NCBI GenBank assembly: GCA_046758445.1
Contig: JBHIAE010000013.1
Span: forward strand, 1 to 64,000
Length of the DNA stretch: 64,000 bases
Source of the DNA: Candidatus Thorarchaeota archaeon
GTDB lineage: Archaea > Asgardarchaeota > Thorarchaeia > Thorarchaeales > Thorarchaeaceae
Direction: 5' to 3'
A model generated the notes under the pieces. It was not told the DNA's origin. It worked only from the letters and a program-made list of their open reading frames with translations, and ran no database searches. Every line of letters begins with the position of its first letter. Within the stretch, counting starts at the first letter, position 1. Positions 9,703 to 19,663 of this stretch are shown here, in pieces. The position numbers were made by a program, and so were the translations under genes.

Positions 9703-10185
9703 TTGGAGGATGAGAAAGTGGCTTGGCAGATTCGTCCGGCTCAAGAAAGAGACGTTGCCAAAATCAAAGCCATTGAGAACGGGAGTTTTCCGAGACCGTG
9801 GGATGAGAGTCTCTTTCGCATTATTGGTGCATGGAGAGGGCGTGTGCCGATAGAACGTAACAGAGTCATCTTCATGTACGTGGCAGAAACTGATGAGGAA
9901 CTTTTGGGATACGTCGTTTGGGAGGAAGATGTGACCGAGAGAATTGGACATATCCTCAACGTTGCTGTAAAGACAGAGAGAAGAAGAGAGGGACTAGGAA
10001 CAGCACTAATCAATCATGCATTTGATACGCTACGCTCACACAGAATCAATTCATGTAGACTTGAAGTCCGTCCAAGCAACACTGCCGCACGTCGACTATA
10101 CGAGCGTGCGGGCATGGCCGCACAGCATGAGGAGAGCGGATACTACGGAGATGAAGACGCAATCGTCTACAGCATCAAACTATGA
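9703..10185 (+). CDS. rimI: RimI-like GNAT N-acetyltransferase
   Basis: IE..SF..PW, HILNVAV, RREGLG, LEVRPSN..A..LY, YY..EDA. Confidence 0.85.
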   Translation: MEDEKVAWQIRPAQERDVAKIKAIENGSFPRPWDESLFRIIGAWRGRVPIERNRVIFMYVAETDEELLGYVVWEEDVTERIGHILNVAVKTERRREGLGTALINHAFDTLRSHRINSCRLEVRPSNTAARRLYERAGMAAQHEESGYYGDEDAIVYSIKL

Positions 10186-13100
10186 CCCGCTCTTGCGTCC
10201 ACTAGTCAGTCGTGGTCCAAGGAAGTGTTGATACAACTGGAGGTATGAAGACTCAGTTGACACAATCGCAAGGTCAGAGTCAGACTCCTCTGACCCTCCG
10301 ATAAGAATCTCGCTGTCATCTTTGACCGCCAGTGTGGTTGGCGACGCTGTCTGCCAGATCCTCCAGCCCTTCAGGGCTTGGAGTTCAGGGCTGGCCTCCT
10401 CCATCTCAGGGATTATGAGTATCCTTCGCCTTGGAGCCTTTGACTTTGCTAGCTTCTTGAGATTAAGGCAGTCAAGACTTAGAACTGAAATGACCACTGA
10501 TTCCTCTGCTCTGGCGACCATGTCCTGCATGTGAGCACAGATCTCACCACTTCCGGTGACATACCAAGTCCTATCACTAGGAACTGCCAACAACTCTTCT
10601 CCGGAGGCCTTGACAGCTTCTAGCGTTTCCATAGTTCGATTGGTGATTTCAGAAACCGCTTGAACAGCCTCATCAATCTGAGATTCGATAGTGCTCAGGG
10701 TCTTCTTCTGCTCTGTCCCCCACTGCCGCATTGTCTTGTCCACGTGTTCTGCAAGACTATTCAGCGCATCATTCCTTCCCTGTCGAAGAACTGACATTCC
10801 CTCTTTTGTATCTGTAGCGGCCTTGGAAGCACTAGCACCTATCTCGGAGTTCTTGGATGTGAGATCGCTTCTAACCTTCTCCACGAGTCGTGCTGTTTCG
10901 CCGCCAAGATGGGTCTTGAGATCTAGACCGATTGACTCGAGCTTTCTGGCCGAAAACTGGTTTGAAACGAGGACTCCTTGTTTGGCTTCAGAGAGAGCAT
11001 TCTCAACGTGTTTAGTTGACAGGGTTGAGACTCGCTCGAGAAGTCCATGTGCTTCTTCCGCGACTGGTTGAGCCAACTCCGTGAACTTTGAGAACGAGGA
11101 GTCAATCGCCGCCGTGGCTCCATGACAGTATTCATCGACCTTCTCTGTGGCTTCGGCAACAGACGCGTCTATAATTCCCTTGAATGTCTCTGGCATGTCA
11201 GAGAATCCCTCTCCTACGTTTGTTAGTAGGCTCGTTGATTTCTCTCCGAATTCGGTTGACAGTTTCCGAAGACTAGCCTCCGATTTCTTGAGTAGTGCTC
11301 GACTAAGGCCTTCGTAATCCTTGAGCCTCTTCTCGCCTCGTTCTCCAATCTTCGAGGCCACCTTGTCCGCGGCCTTCGTAATGCCACTTGCCAACGTGGC
11401 CATCTCTGCGTTCAATTTGGTCCCAAGCTGTTCCAACGAGGATGTAAGATTTCCTGCCGCTGTTTCTAGTCCTTCGGACGCTCCGATGAATGCCAACGCA
11501 ACCTCGTTTCTTCGCTCCTCTATGGCCGCCACAGCCTGTTCTCTTGTGGTTCTTACTGCTTCCGACCTAGACGCGTCCTTCTTGGCAAGAGAAGTTTGAA
11601 ACTTCTCAACTCTCTCATTGGAAGATTTCAAGAGCTTAGACGCAAGACCATCCATCTTCTTGCTTGTACTTGCCAAAAGCTTCTCGCGTGATTCATCTTG
11701 TTCAGTGAAGTATGTGTCGATGACGGACTTTATCTTCGCAGTATTCTTCGACATTGAGCTTTCAGCAGTGTCTGTGACACTTACCACTCTCTCCGCTATG
11801 CTGTCGCGTGCACTATTGACAGTAGATTTGAACTCCTTCGAAACTTGCACGATGTTGTCCGCGAACTGGCGAATCGTCCCAGTTTCCATTTCCTTGAGAG
11901 CATCTTGTGTGCTTCTCACAGCATCTTCTATGCCACTGAGAGCATCGGCCATAGACTTGGAGATCTCAGTCCGCTTCTCCACAGTAAGATCCTCGAGCGC
12001 CTTCCTCATGCCATCAACAGCTCCGACGAGCTCATCTACCTTGGCATTCAGCTCCACCGAGAACTCCTGTTGCAGTTTCTGAGAATCCTCTTGGAGAGAT
12101 CCAATCTCTGACTTTAGCGACCCCTTGAACTCCGTGTGAACCGAGGCAATTAGATCGCGAGCTTCGGTGGTCTGACTAGAAAGGAATCCGTTGAAAGTGG
12201 CTTCAATGCTCTTCGTCAGATTGATGAACTGTCTGGTTATGTCCTCAACTTGAACATGGAACTCATTGCGTATGCCTTCCGAGTGTTCGTCAATTCGAGC
12301 TACCTGCTCTTCAATTGCCTGGTCGATCTCCTTCTGAACTCTGTTAGCATGTGAAGTCAAAGCACTCACACCTGACTCGAGTCGTTTGTCAACACGTTTG
12401 TTGAAACTGCCATACAGTGCCTTAGCCTCAGTTATCTGAGACTTTGTAGTTTCGGCGTAACCAGCTATGACTTCAGAAAGTCGTTCGCCGACATCAGCTT
12501 CGAACTCGTGCGTGATCTTCTTCACAGAAGTGAGAGCAGACTCCTGCTTCGTTGCAGAGGTTTTCATCACGGTGTTGTATGCCGACTTGAGTCTGCTGTT
12601 TATCGCCTCAGCGAGCGTGTCAATCTCTGAGGCTTCTGTGTCCAAAATCGCACTTACTTCCTCCACTACCTGAGTGAGATTCTGGTTCATGGACGTGAGC
12701 GCACGCTTTGACCAGTTGTCGATATCGGTAATCGCCTGAAGATTGGCCTTGTCAAGCTTCTCCTCATGGGCATTTAGTTGCTTCTCCAGAAGCGCTAGAG
12801 TGGATTTTCGACAAGTTCCAAGGTTTGCCTCGAACTCGGTATGCACATTTGTCGCCATATCCTTCAAGGACTCATACTCATCGTCGAACACTTTCTGAGT
12901 CTTATCGATGAGACCGGAGGCTGCTGTCTTTACGTTTTCCAAGTACTTTGTTTCTGTAGACTGGATCTGGTCAAGTTGGGACTTCAGCGACTGAGTTGCC
13001 ACGTCCATGAACGCCGCAACTTCAGCCTTCCATTCTTCAACATCTGCTCTCACTGTTTCAGAGAGTTGAATTGCCTCCTCAATGCGAGTCTTGGCGAATT

Positions 13101-14091
13101 CTGCCTCTTCGCGAACTTGGTCTCGATTCCTTGATATCATCTCGTTCAGCGACCCTTCGCCTGCCAGATAGCTAGAACTCAATTGTGCGTCAAGCTTAGA
13201 GAGCATCGCCTCAAGGTCCTCGCTGGCCGTGGTCAACGCCGCTATTGCACTGTCAGATGCACCTGTTGACTCTTCAGAGATCCTGCTACTCATCTGTTCC
13301 CCAGAAACCTGTACAGCTCTTCTTGATTCCTGTAGAGTGGAAGACAATGAGGCACTGAGGGATGCGACTAGAGCTGCAATCTTACTCCTTAGTCCATCCA
13401 CGGCAGCTGCTGACGATTTGTGCTCAGCAGTCAGAACTCTCTTGAAACTCCTCGTAGTCTTATTGAGTTCGTGATCGAGAGCCTTCTGGCTCTTGTCAAG
13501 TTCTTGTTGGAGCGCGGTGAGTCGAGTGCCAAGGCCTTCATCAAGAGTCACATCTAGACCTGTCAACGCTTCTTCGATACTTTGTGCGAACTCGCTGAGG
13601 ACCTGGGTCGCAAGAGTGGCGACGGTATCAATCTGGGATTGGACGGTGTCAATCGTGTTGGACTCGTAGCTCTGTAAAGCAACTCTTCCATCATCGATGG
13701 TATTCTTATGGGACTCTAGAACCACCTCGATGTTTTGGTCCACCCTCTCGAACTGGGCCTCGAACAACTTCCGAGTTTCCTCAGAGAATGAGCCCAGATC
13801 TCCTTTGATAGAAGAGAGCACATCATCTAATGCAAGAATCGTAGGAGCCAATCGATAGACTTCTACCACGCCATCTACCTTTCGAATCAAGCCCTTCTTT
13901 TCCAGACGCTTGAGCGCACTTCCCACCTTCCTCCTTGACTCACCAGTGATCTCGACGATTCCCCCAGATGTAAGATTACCCCCAAGGAATATCGAGAGAA
14001 CCACTTTGGCCTCAATATCCGTTATTCCAAGATTCCTCTTTAGTACTGGAATACTCTCAACTACTGTACTTCCACTCAAATCCAATCCCAC
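10180..14091 (-). CDS. TrmB-like regulator with giant helical/coiled-coil insertion
   Basis: N-terminal TrmB-type wHTH (LGITDIEAKV...ALKRLEKKGLI); about 1080 aa of amphipathic helix; C-terminal TrmB effector-like domain (WYVTGSGEI..HM..M...AEESV, AVKDDSEILIG). Confidence 0.75.
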   Translation of the reverse strand: MGLDLSGSTVVESIPVLKRNLGITDIEAKVVLSIFLGGNLTSGGIVEITGESRRKVGSALKRLEKKGLIRKVDGVVEVYRLAPTILALDDVLSSIKGDLGSFSEETRKLFEAQFERVDQNIEVVLESHKNTIDDGRVALQSYESNTIDTVQSQIDTVATLATQVLSEFAQSIEEALTGLDVTLDEGLGTRLTALQQELDKSQKALDHELNKTTRSFKRVLTAEHKSSAAAVDGLRSKIAALVASLSASLSSTLQESRRAVQVSGEQMSSRISEESTGASDSAIAALTTASEDLEAMLSKLDAQLSSSYLAGEGSLNEMISRNRDQVREEAEFAKTRIEEAIQLSETVRADVEEWKAEVAAFMDVATQSLKSQLDQIQSTETKYLENVKTAASGLIDKTQKVFDDEYESLKDMATNVHTEFEANLGTCRKSTLALLEKQLNAHEEKLDKANLQAITDIDNWSKRALTSMNQNLTQVVEEVSAILDTEASEIDTLAEAINSRLKSAYNTVMKTSATKQESALTSVKKITHEFEADVGERLSEVIAGYAETTKSQITEAKALYGSFNKRVDKRLESGVSALTSHANRVQKEIDQAIEEQVARIDEHSEGIRNEFHVQVEDITRQFINLTKSIEATFNGFLSSQTTEARDLIASVHTEFKGSLKSEIGSLQEDSQKLQQEFSVELNAKVDELVGAVDGMRKALEDLTVEKRTEISKSMADALSGIEDAVRSTQDALKEMETGTIRQFADNIVQVSKEFKSTVNSARDSIAERVVSVTDTAESSMSKNTAKIKSVIDTYFTEQDESREKLLASTSKKMDGLASKLLKSSNERVEKFQTSLAKKDASRSEAVRTTREQAVAAIEERRNEVALAFIGASEGLETAAGNLTSSLEQLGTKLNAEMATLASGITKAADKVASKIGERGEKRLKDYEGLSRALLKKSEASLRKLSTEFGEKSTSLLTNVGEGFSDMPETFKGIIDASVAEATEKVDEYCHGATAAIDSSFSKFTELAQPVAEEAHGLLERVSTLSTKHVENALSEAKQGVLVSNQFSARKLESIGLDLKTHLGGETARLVEKVRSDLTSKNSEIGASASKAATDTKEGMSVLRQGRNDALNSLAEHVDKTMRQWGTEQKKTLSTIESQIDEAVQAVSEITNRTMETLEAVKASGEELLAVPSDRTWYVTGSGEICAHMQDMVARAEESVVISVLSLDCLNLKKLAKSKAPRRRILIIPEMEEASPELQALKGWRIWQTASPTTLAVKDDSEILIGGSEESDSDLAIVSTESSYLQLYQHFLGPRLTSGRKSGS

Positions 14092-14124
14092 CGTCTTACG
14101 TTGATGATGCTGTTCTCGAGCAAG

Positions 14125-14949
14125 CTATTTTGCTCTCTTGCGCCGTTTGAGTTTTGAAACTCTATCAAACAACACGAGCAGGTATTGTACCTCGAATGGA
14201 TCTGCTGAACCATCCGAGATCACTTCGGCCTCAATATGCATCGAACTGTCCGTAGCATCCACAAAGAAGTCCTCATAGGCGCTGAGTGCGTCATCCTCCA
14301 GAAGAGGCTTGGTCTTTGTAGACTTGGCACTAGCGAGGTCCATCGTAAGAAGCCACCAGGTGTCAGTTGTATCTGATGCCGAGGCATCTATGTCATAGTG
14401 TTTGGAGAGCAGTTCTACATACAACTTGAAGATCTGGAAGTCTTCCACTTCATGGTGCCGTGGATTGATGATTACGATGCCACGAGCAAAGTCGAACTGA
14501 AACAATAGGTCATCTCCTGCGACCAACTTGACATTGCCCTCCTGAGCTGTTGTGGTCTTGTTCCAAATCTTGCCAAATCTGGAAACGAAGTGCTTCAACG
14601 AGCTGACTCTGAGAGTTGACAAGAAGTCCTTGGTCTGGAGTCGACGATCAACCATCCCTCTGCCCTTACGTTCCAGTACGAAACGTTTGACTTGCTCAAG
14701 ATATTGACTATAGCAGAAGCTAGGAAGATTCTCTGGATCTATACCCAATTCAATCAGCATGTTGAGGAAGTTGCGGTCTTTGCACGCTGGACGCACCGTG
14801 CAGCCCAGACGGTTCTCTTCACACTCTTTGCACTTCTCCTCATGTAGTTCTATGAACTCCTTGGCAAGCTGCTTATCCGACACCTTGTCGAGCAGCGCAA
14901 TTCTCGATGCAAAACCGGTGCTACGTTGTTTCGAACTCATTACTTCCAT
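14125..14949 (-). CDS. Hypothetical protein with N-terminal Cys cluster
   Basis: 274 aa; C-x2-C-x6-C-x5-C plus a further Cys. Confidence 0.65.
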   Translation of the reverse strand: MEVMSSKQRSTGFASRIALLDKVSDKQLAKEFIELHEEKCKECEENRLGCTVRPACKDRNFLNMLIELGIDPENLPSFCYSQYLEQVKRFVLERKGRGMVDRRLQTKDFLSTLRVSSLKHFVSRFGKIWNKTTTAQEGNVKLVAGDDLLFQFDFARGIVIINPRHHEVEDFQIFKLYVELLSKHYDIDASASDTTDTWWLLTMDLASAKSTKTKPLLEDDALSAYEDFFVDATDSSMHIEAEVISDGSADPFEVQYLLVLFDRVSKLKRRKRAK

Positions 14950-15136
14950 CCACTCACTGAGTACTCTATGGATACAGATAGACCTAGAGCAGTTCGGTCA
15001 ATACTCTCGCCACAAGAATAGCGGCGAAAGTGTTTCAAGTTGCGCAATTGCCTTTCAGTTTGATAAGTTTATGGCCCCTGTCACCGCTTCTTCTCGACCA
15101 ACCCACTGCTGAAACCTAGATTCCACCCCATCAAGG

Positions 15137-16162
15137 TCAGCTGCCCTTGGCAATCTCCTTTAGCTTGGATGTCCAAGCACGGATTTCAGTATTCAATACG
15201 GCAATGTCGTTCTCATTGAGGGTGGCCGTAGGCGGATAGGACTTCAATTCTCTGGCTTTCTTTCCGAACTGGAAGAGCACAGGAGTATGTCCCTTGATCA
15301 TCAGTGTCAACTGGTCGCGAACCTCTTCTAAGGCTCCAGCCATTTCCTTGGCTTCAGTCTGTGGAGTTACCATCTCAAGAAGATCAGCCATTACATCATC
15401 AATGGCTGATGGCGTAACCTTCTTTGGTTTCATCTTCACTTTGTCAGCGGGTTCCTTCTCTTTGGGCGCCTTCTTCGCAGGCTTCTTAGCTGCCTTGGCT
15501 GCGGGCTCCGAGGCTGCTGAGGCTTGAGCCATGCTTGCTGCTTCTTCCAAGGCCTCAGTCATCTTCTCAAGGGACAGGTTGTACTTGCGTTCGAGGTCAT
15601 CTAGCTGCCGCACAATGATTCCCACAATCTCTTTTGTTTCTGACAAGGAGTTAGACAAGTCTTGGATATTGTCTTCTATTGCCGAAACACCCGCCACGTA
15701 CTGCTGGAGATCGTCAATCTTCTTGTCTACGCCGTCAAGCGAACCGGCTCCCTTGACCTCGTTGCCGATATCCACAACGTTGACAAGAATATCATCCATC
15801 TTCTTGAAGAGAACCTCCATCTCCTTGGAATCTCGAATCTCAATCACGGTCGAATCAATCCCCTTGATAGAATCAGCCAGTCCATCCACCTTCTTGCCGA
15901 TGCTCTCGGAGGTCTTCGTTTCGCCCAACTTCGCGAGTGTAGTGTTGAGTTCTTGGACTGATTTGAGAAGATCCTCAATCTTGGACACTGGAGTGACTTG
16001 GGACTGTACATCCTTGATCACTTCTTCTATTCCTTCTACTTTCTTCTCGAGATCCGTAGCAGCAATGAGTCCTTCTACCTCTTTCCTAATCTTAGTGGTT
16101 TCCTCACCAATCTTGTCAATCTTCTTTTCGAAACTCTGAAGATATTCCTTCTCGCTCGTCAT
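15137..16162 (-). CDS. Coiled-coil protein
   Basis: 341 aa; repeated KKxDxL heptad segments, Ala/Lys/Pro linker, small C-terminal helical domain. Confidence 0.75.
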   Translation of the reverse strand: MTSEKEYLQSFEKKIDKIGEETTKIRKEVEGLIAATDLEKKVEGIEEVIKDVQSQVTPVSKIEDLLKSVQELNTTLAKLGETKTSESIGKKVDGLADSIKGIDSTVIEIRDSKEMEVLFKKMDDILVNVVDIGNEVKGAGSLDGVDKKIDDLQQYVAGVSAIEDNIQDLSNSLSETKEIVGIIVRQLDDLERKYNLSLEKMTEALEEAASMAQASAASEPAAKAAKKPAKKAPKEKEPADKVKMKPKKVTPSAIDDVMADLLEMVTPQTEAKEMAGALEEVRDQLTLMIKGHTPVLFQFGKKARELKSYPPTATLNENDIAVLNTEIRAWTSKLKEIAKGS

Positions 16163-16283
16163 GGCATGCCCAACCTATCAAATCGGAGGCCGTGTCCAGC
16201 ATAATCTCTGCGTATTTAGATTTTCGGGATATCTAAATGATTCGTGGGGGTCTATCTCTCAAACCACCTGACAACTTCCGCCG

Positions 16284-17135
16284 CTATATCTTACTGGCAC
16301 GGATGAAATCTAATCCGCACTCTTCGAGGATTGGGAAGATACGGGCCTTGTTCTCCGCATTAGTTCCCTTCCAGTCTATGATAGCTCGAGAAACCTTCTC
16401 CTTGCTCCGTGATATCATATGCTGGATCACATCAACATCAATCTCGTTCAGGGCGTACTTGGGAGCGATGTGACCGATTCTTACATCTTTCTCTAGAACT
16501 AGCTTGTTGAACTTGCTAGCATAGTGCGTGCCACCAAAACCAATAGAGGATTCTGACTCAATTGGCGCTCGAATGCATTCCATGACTGCTGCCGCAACAG
16601 ACCTTGCTCCCTCTTCATGTTGCCAGTAGGCTTCGCCACTGCCTAGTTCGACAAAGAGTAGAGGTGTATTCATGGTTGTAGGGCCGTGATGGGTCACTTC
16701 AAGCGTGATATCGAACTCCTCCAGCCGGCGCCTGGCTCTCTCCTTCTGTAGGCTCCGTAAGGCCACGGACATAAGACTTGCTATGGACACAGACAGGCTC
16801 CTTGGGGCACCTCCATAGCTAGCATCATCTCCGAAGTTGCCTGTACTATGAACGAGCAGGGCAGGCCTGCCCGACTGTGCTCTGTGGCGAGAGCAGAAGA
16901 TGAACACCTCTGCTTCGAAATGTTGCTCTAGATGATCTGCGAATATCATGTCGCGCTCTGTTGTGATCAGCAAAGCTGAACTTCCAAGTGAGTAGACTGG
17001 ATTTCCCTCGAATGTTTCACCGGTTTCTTCGAAGCCATGTTCATCGCGTAGTAAGTTGCTTATGGTTTGACTCGCTATGTCTTGAGTCGAGGAAACAAGC
17101 ACCCTCATTTGGATCATCCGTTTCTCAATCGACAA
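16284..17135 (-). CDS. dtdA: D-aminoacyl-tRNA deacylase (archaeal DTD2)
   Basis: IFCSRH, VHSTGNF, LEVTHHGPT, FVELGS, GFGGTHYA, GHIAPKY, IDWKG. Confidence 0.92.
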   Translation of the reverse strand: MSIEKRMIQMRVLVSSTQDIASQTISNLLRDEHGFEETGETFEGNPVYSLGSSALLITTERDMIFADHLEQHFEAEVFIFCSRHRAQSGRPALLVHSTGNFGDDASYGGAPRSLSVSIASLMSVALRSLQKERARRRLEEFDITLEVTHHGPTTMNTPLLFVELGSGEAYWQHEEGARSVAAAVMECIRAPIESESSIGFGGTHYASKFNKLVLEKDVRIGHIAPKYALNEIDVDVIQHMISRSKEKVSRAIIDWKGTNAENKARIFPILEECGLDFIRASKI

Positions 17136-18369
17136 TACACTTCTCTAGCAGGGGCTCCAATGATATCTCAAGCTCGAGTGTCACCTTCTCCTCAAAGGAC
17201 TCCAGAATCTCTGACTCAATTCGGTCCTTATGGTCCCTAACTCGAGCTAGCTCACGTTCAATATCGTCCCTGATTCGAAGCATATCGCTGCGATGATAGT
17301 CAAGATTCTTCTGGGCCTCTTCAAGCTCGCCCTGGAGCCGATCGCTCTCCGCGTATACATCAGAACCTGCGTATTTCCGGCGTTTCTCCTCCAGCTCTTT
17401 AGCTTTCTGCTGCAGCTCCTGGAGAGAACCACTGCTGATAGCGTTCACCTCTTCAATTGCACGTCTTCCTAGTCGGTCTTTTAGAGAGAGCTTGCCTGTT
17501 TCAATTGCTTCCCTCAGTCCCCCAAGTCCTTCAAGTAGTCCCGGATGTCCGTCGGGCTCCTCGACGATTGCCGTATAGGGGTCCTCGAAGTAATCAAGGA
17601 GAGCTCTTTGGCCAGCGGCACCCACTCGCACACCGGTGTCACGTTGGAGGAACTTCTTCACCTGCTTCTTCAGAGGATTCATCTTCATCCTTAGAACACC
17701 AGCCAAACGATCCGCCTCTTCGTCAAGCGTGAGTAGCCCTGCCACGTCGGACGTTTCTGCGAATGTATTGTAGGCGGTCTTCGCCGAATCAAAATCAACT
17801 TTGGCCGTGTCAATCTTCATCCTCGTCTGGCGAATCTGGTCTTCAAATAGCTCTTCGCTGTGACCCAGGTCTTGCAAGGTCTGAATTCTGGTTCCAATCC
17901 TCTCCAGGTCTTTCAGCCAGTTGAACTCAAAAAGGAGCTTTTGAATGCGGTTCATCTCATTCATGAGCTCTTTCATGGCAGAATCAATCTGCTTGATCGT
18001 CGTCTTGTGCCTCTTGTCCATCCGCCTGATCCAGCGGGCGCCAGCACCCCAAAGCTCCTGAATGAAAGCCCTGATCTCCTCCTGAAGATCCTCCATACTC
18101 TGGTGGGTCACCTCTTTGTCGACATAGAAGTCGGCAGTGATGTCCTCGACCTTCATGGCGAATCTGGTGGCAATGCCCATGGAATCTGGTTCATCCTCGC
18201 CAGTCTCCCTAAGGTTTCTTGAGAGATCCTTTATGTCTTTGAGAGTCCTCTCTACAACCTTGTAGCTCCTCTCAGCCTTCTTCTTGAATTCCTTAGATCG
18301 ATTTGAGAGGCGTTTTCGATACCACTTTTGAAGCTGGTCAACAGTTAGAGTCGTCATCTGGGGTGCCAC
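17125..18369 (-). CDS. Coiled-coil hypothetical protein
   Basis: 414 aa, highly charged and helical; overlaps the dtdA ORF start. Confidence 0.75.
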   Translation of the reverse strand: MAPQMTTLTVDQLQKWYRKRLSNRSKEFKKKAERSYKVVERTLKDIKDLSRNLRETGEDEPDSMGIATRFAMKVEDITADFYVDKEVTHQSMEDLQEEIRAFIQELWGAGARWIRRMDKRHKTTIKQIDSAMKELMNEMNRIQKLLFEFNWLKDLERIGTRIQTLQDLGHSEELFEDQIRQTRMKIDTAKVDFDSAKTAYNTFAETSDVAGLLTLDEEADRLAGVLRMKMNPLKKQVKKFLQRDTGVRVGAAGQRALLDYFEDPYTAIVEEPDGHPGLLEGLGGLREAIETGKLSLKDRLGRRAIEEVNAISSGSLQELQQKAKELEEKRRKYAGSDVYAESDRLQGELEEAQKNLDYHRSDMLRIRDDIERELARVRDHKDRIESEILESFEEKVTLELEISLEPLLEKCIVD

Positions 18370-18570
18370 CTAGTCGCGTGACGAGATTTCCATCCTACTT
18401 TTCAACTTTATGAACTGTGAACCACATTATTGCTCATGGAAAACAAGCTTTTAACCATGCTGACATTTATGGGAAACCTCACGGGCACGAGGCCGGTAAT
18501 GTCCAAGGATAATCATCCCCTGAAAAGAGGGAGGTGTGAGGAGGAAACTCAACTGAATCCCCCTCATCTC

Positions 18571-19011
18571 CTACTCGTCATACTTCCAGCATAGGAAATC
18601 GGCTAGCATCAAACCAGCCGATGTGAGCTTCGCAAGCTGTCCCTTGTTTTCCATGTCACCACCAGATAGCAAACCCATGTCCATCAAAGAACGGAGGTTC
18701 CACTTTGTTGTACTATAAGGTACTGATGTTCTTCGTGACACACGGTCTGCCAGCGCCGTAACGGTCAGGTCGTTGTACTTCAGCAGTTGCGCACTCACTC
18801 TCAATACAAGCTTCTGGTTCTTGCTCATTCTTGTGTCTGCCAGTGTGAAGAATGATGCGGCAAGACTGTCAAAAGAAGACTCGGCGAAAGGTTCGTGACT
18901 CTGACATGCCTGGTTGGCACTAGAGAATACATTCACCTCGTGAAGTAATTTGGTACTCACCTTTTGCCTTTGCGACCCGACGTCGATGGGCGGTGGCCTC
19001 TGTTTCAACAC
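18571..19011 (-). CDS. Winged-helix DNA-binding protein
   Basis: LTVTALAD...PYSTTKWNLRSLMDMGLL...KLTSAG wHTH pattern. Confidence 0.65.
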   Translation of the reverse strand: MLKQRPPPIDVGSQRQKVSTKLLHEVNVFSSANQACQSHEPFAESSFDSLAASFFTLADTRMSKNQKLVLRVSAQLLKYNDLTVTALADRVSRRTSVPYSTTKWNLRSLMDMGLLSGGDMENKGQLAKLTSAGLMLADFLCWKYDE

Positions 19012-19103
19012 CCATTTCGCTTTTCACCTCTTTCTTGATTGGGTCATTTCACGGCTAATCAAGACAGCATTTAAGCGTTTGCAGAAGGCTTGCTGTGCGG
19101 CAT

Positions 19104-19625
19104 TCACCTCATATCTTCAGGAATCTGAAGTCCCATTGAGTCTAGCTTGCCAAACCCTTGGCTGTAAAGACTCATGTTGTGCCGGATCTCTTCCTCAGTT
19201 TCTGTTACAGTAGAAAGGTATGAGTTTATCTCATCCAGTCCACTCTCTTTGTACTCTTCCATCATTGAATAGACAGTATCACTCATGCGGAGCATTAGGT
19301 CTTGTATGACAGTGCTGAGATCGATCATAGACTGGACTACCTCAACTGCGTCATCATCAGGCATGTAGGGAAGAAAGTCCTCAAGTGCGACACCAGCCTC
19401 TCTGCATCGGTCGACCCGACCAGGAATCACTTCATCATACATTGAATGCATCCATCCCAGACGCTCCTCGTGAGTCAGAGTTCCAAGGTTCTCGAGAGAG
19501 AAGTAACCAGTCCACGGGCCAAACTCAGAGCTCTCATAGGAGATCCAGTTGTCAAAAGCACCCAGAACACGATGCCAACCCTCTACGGTCTTCGACATCA
19601 ATCCATCCCGAGATTCTGTCATCAT
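19104..19625 (-). CDS. Hypothetical acidic helical protein
   Basis: 173-aa ORF, divergent from the nuclease gene. Confidence 0.65.
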   Translation of the reverse strand: MMTESRDGLMSKTVEGWHRVLGAFDNWISYESSEFGPWTGYFSLENLGTLTHEERLGWMHSMYDEVIPGRVDRCREAGVALEDFLPYMPDDDAVEVVQSMIDLSTVIQDLMLRMSDTVYSMMEEYKESGLDEINSYLSTVTETEEEIRHNMSLYSQGFGKLDSMGLQIPEDMR

Positions 19626-19663
19626 CGGTTGTTATAAACTAGCGTGAAATACTGAGTGACAGA

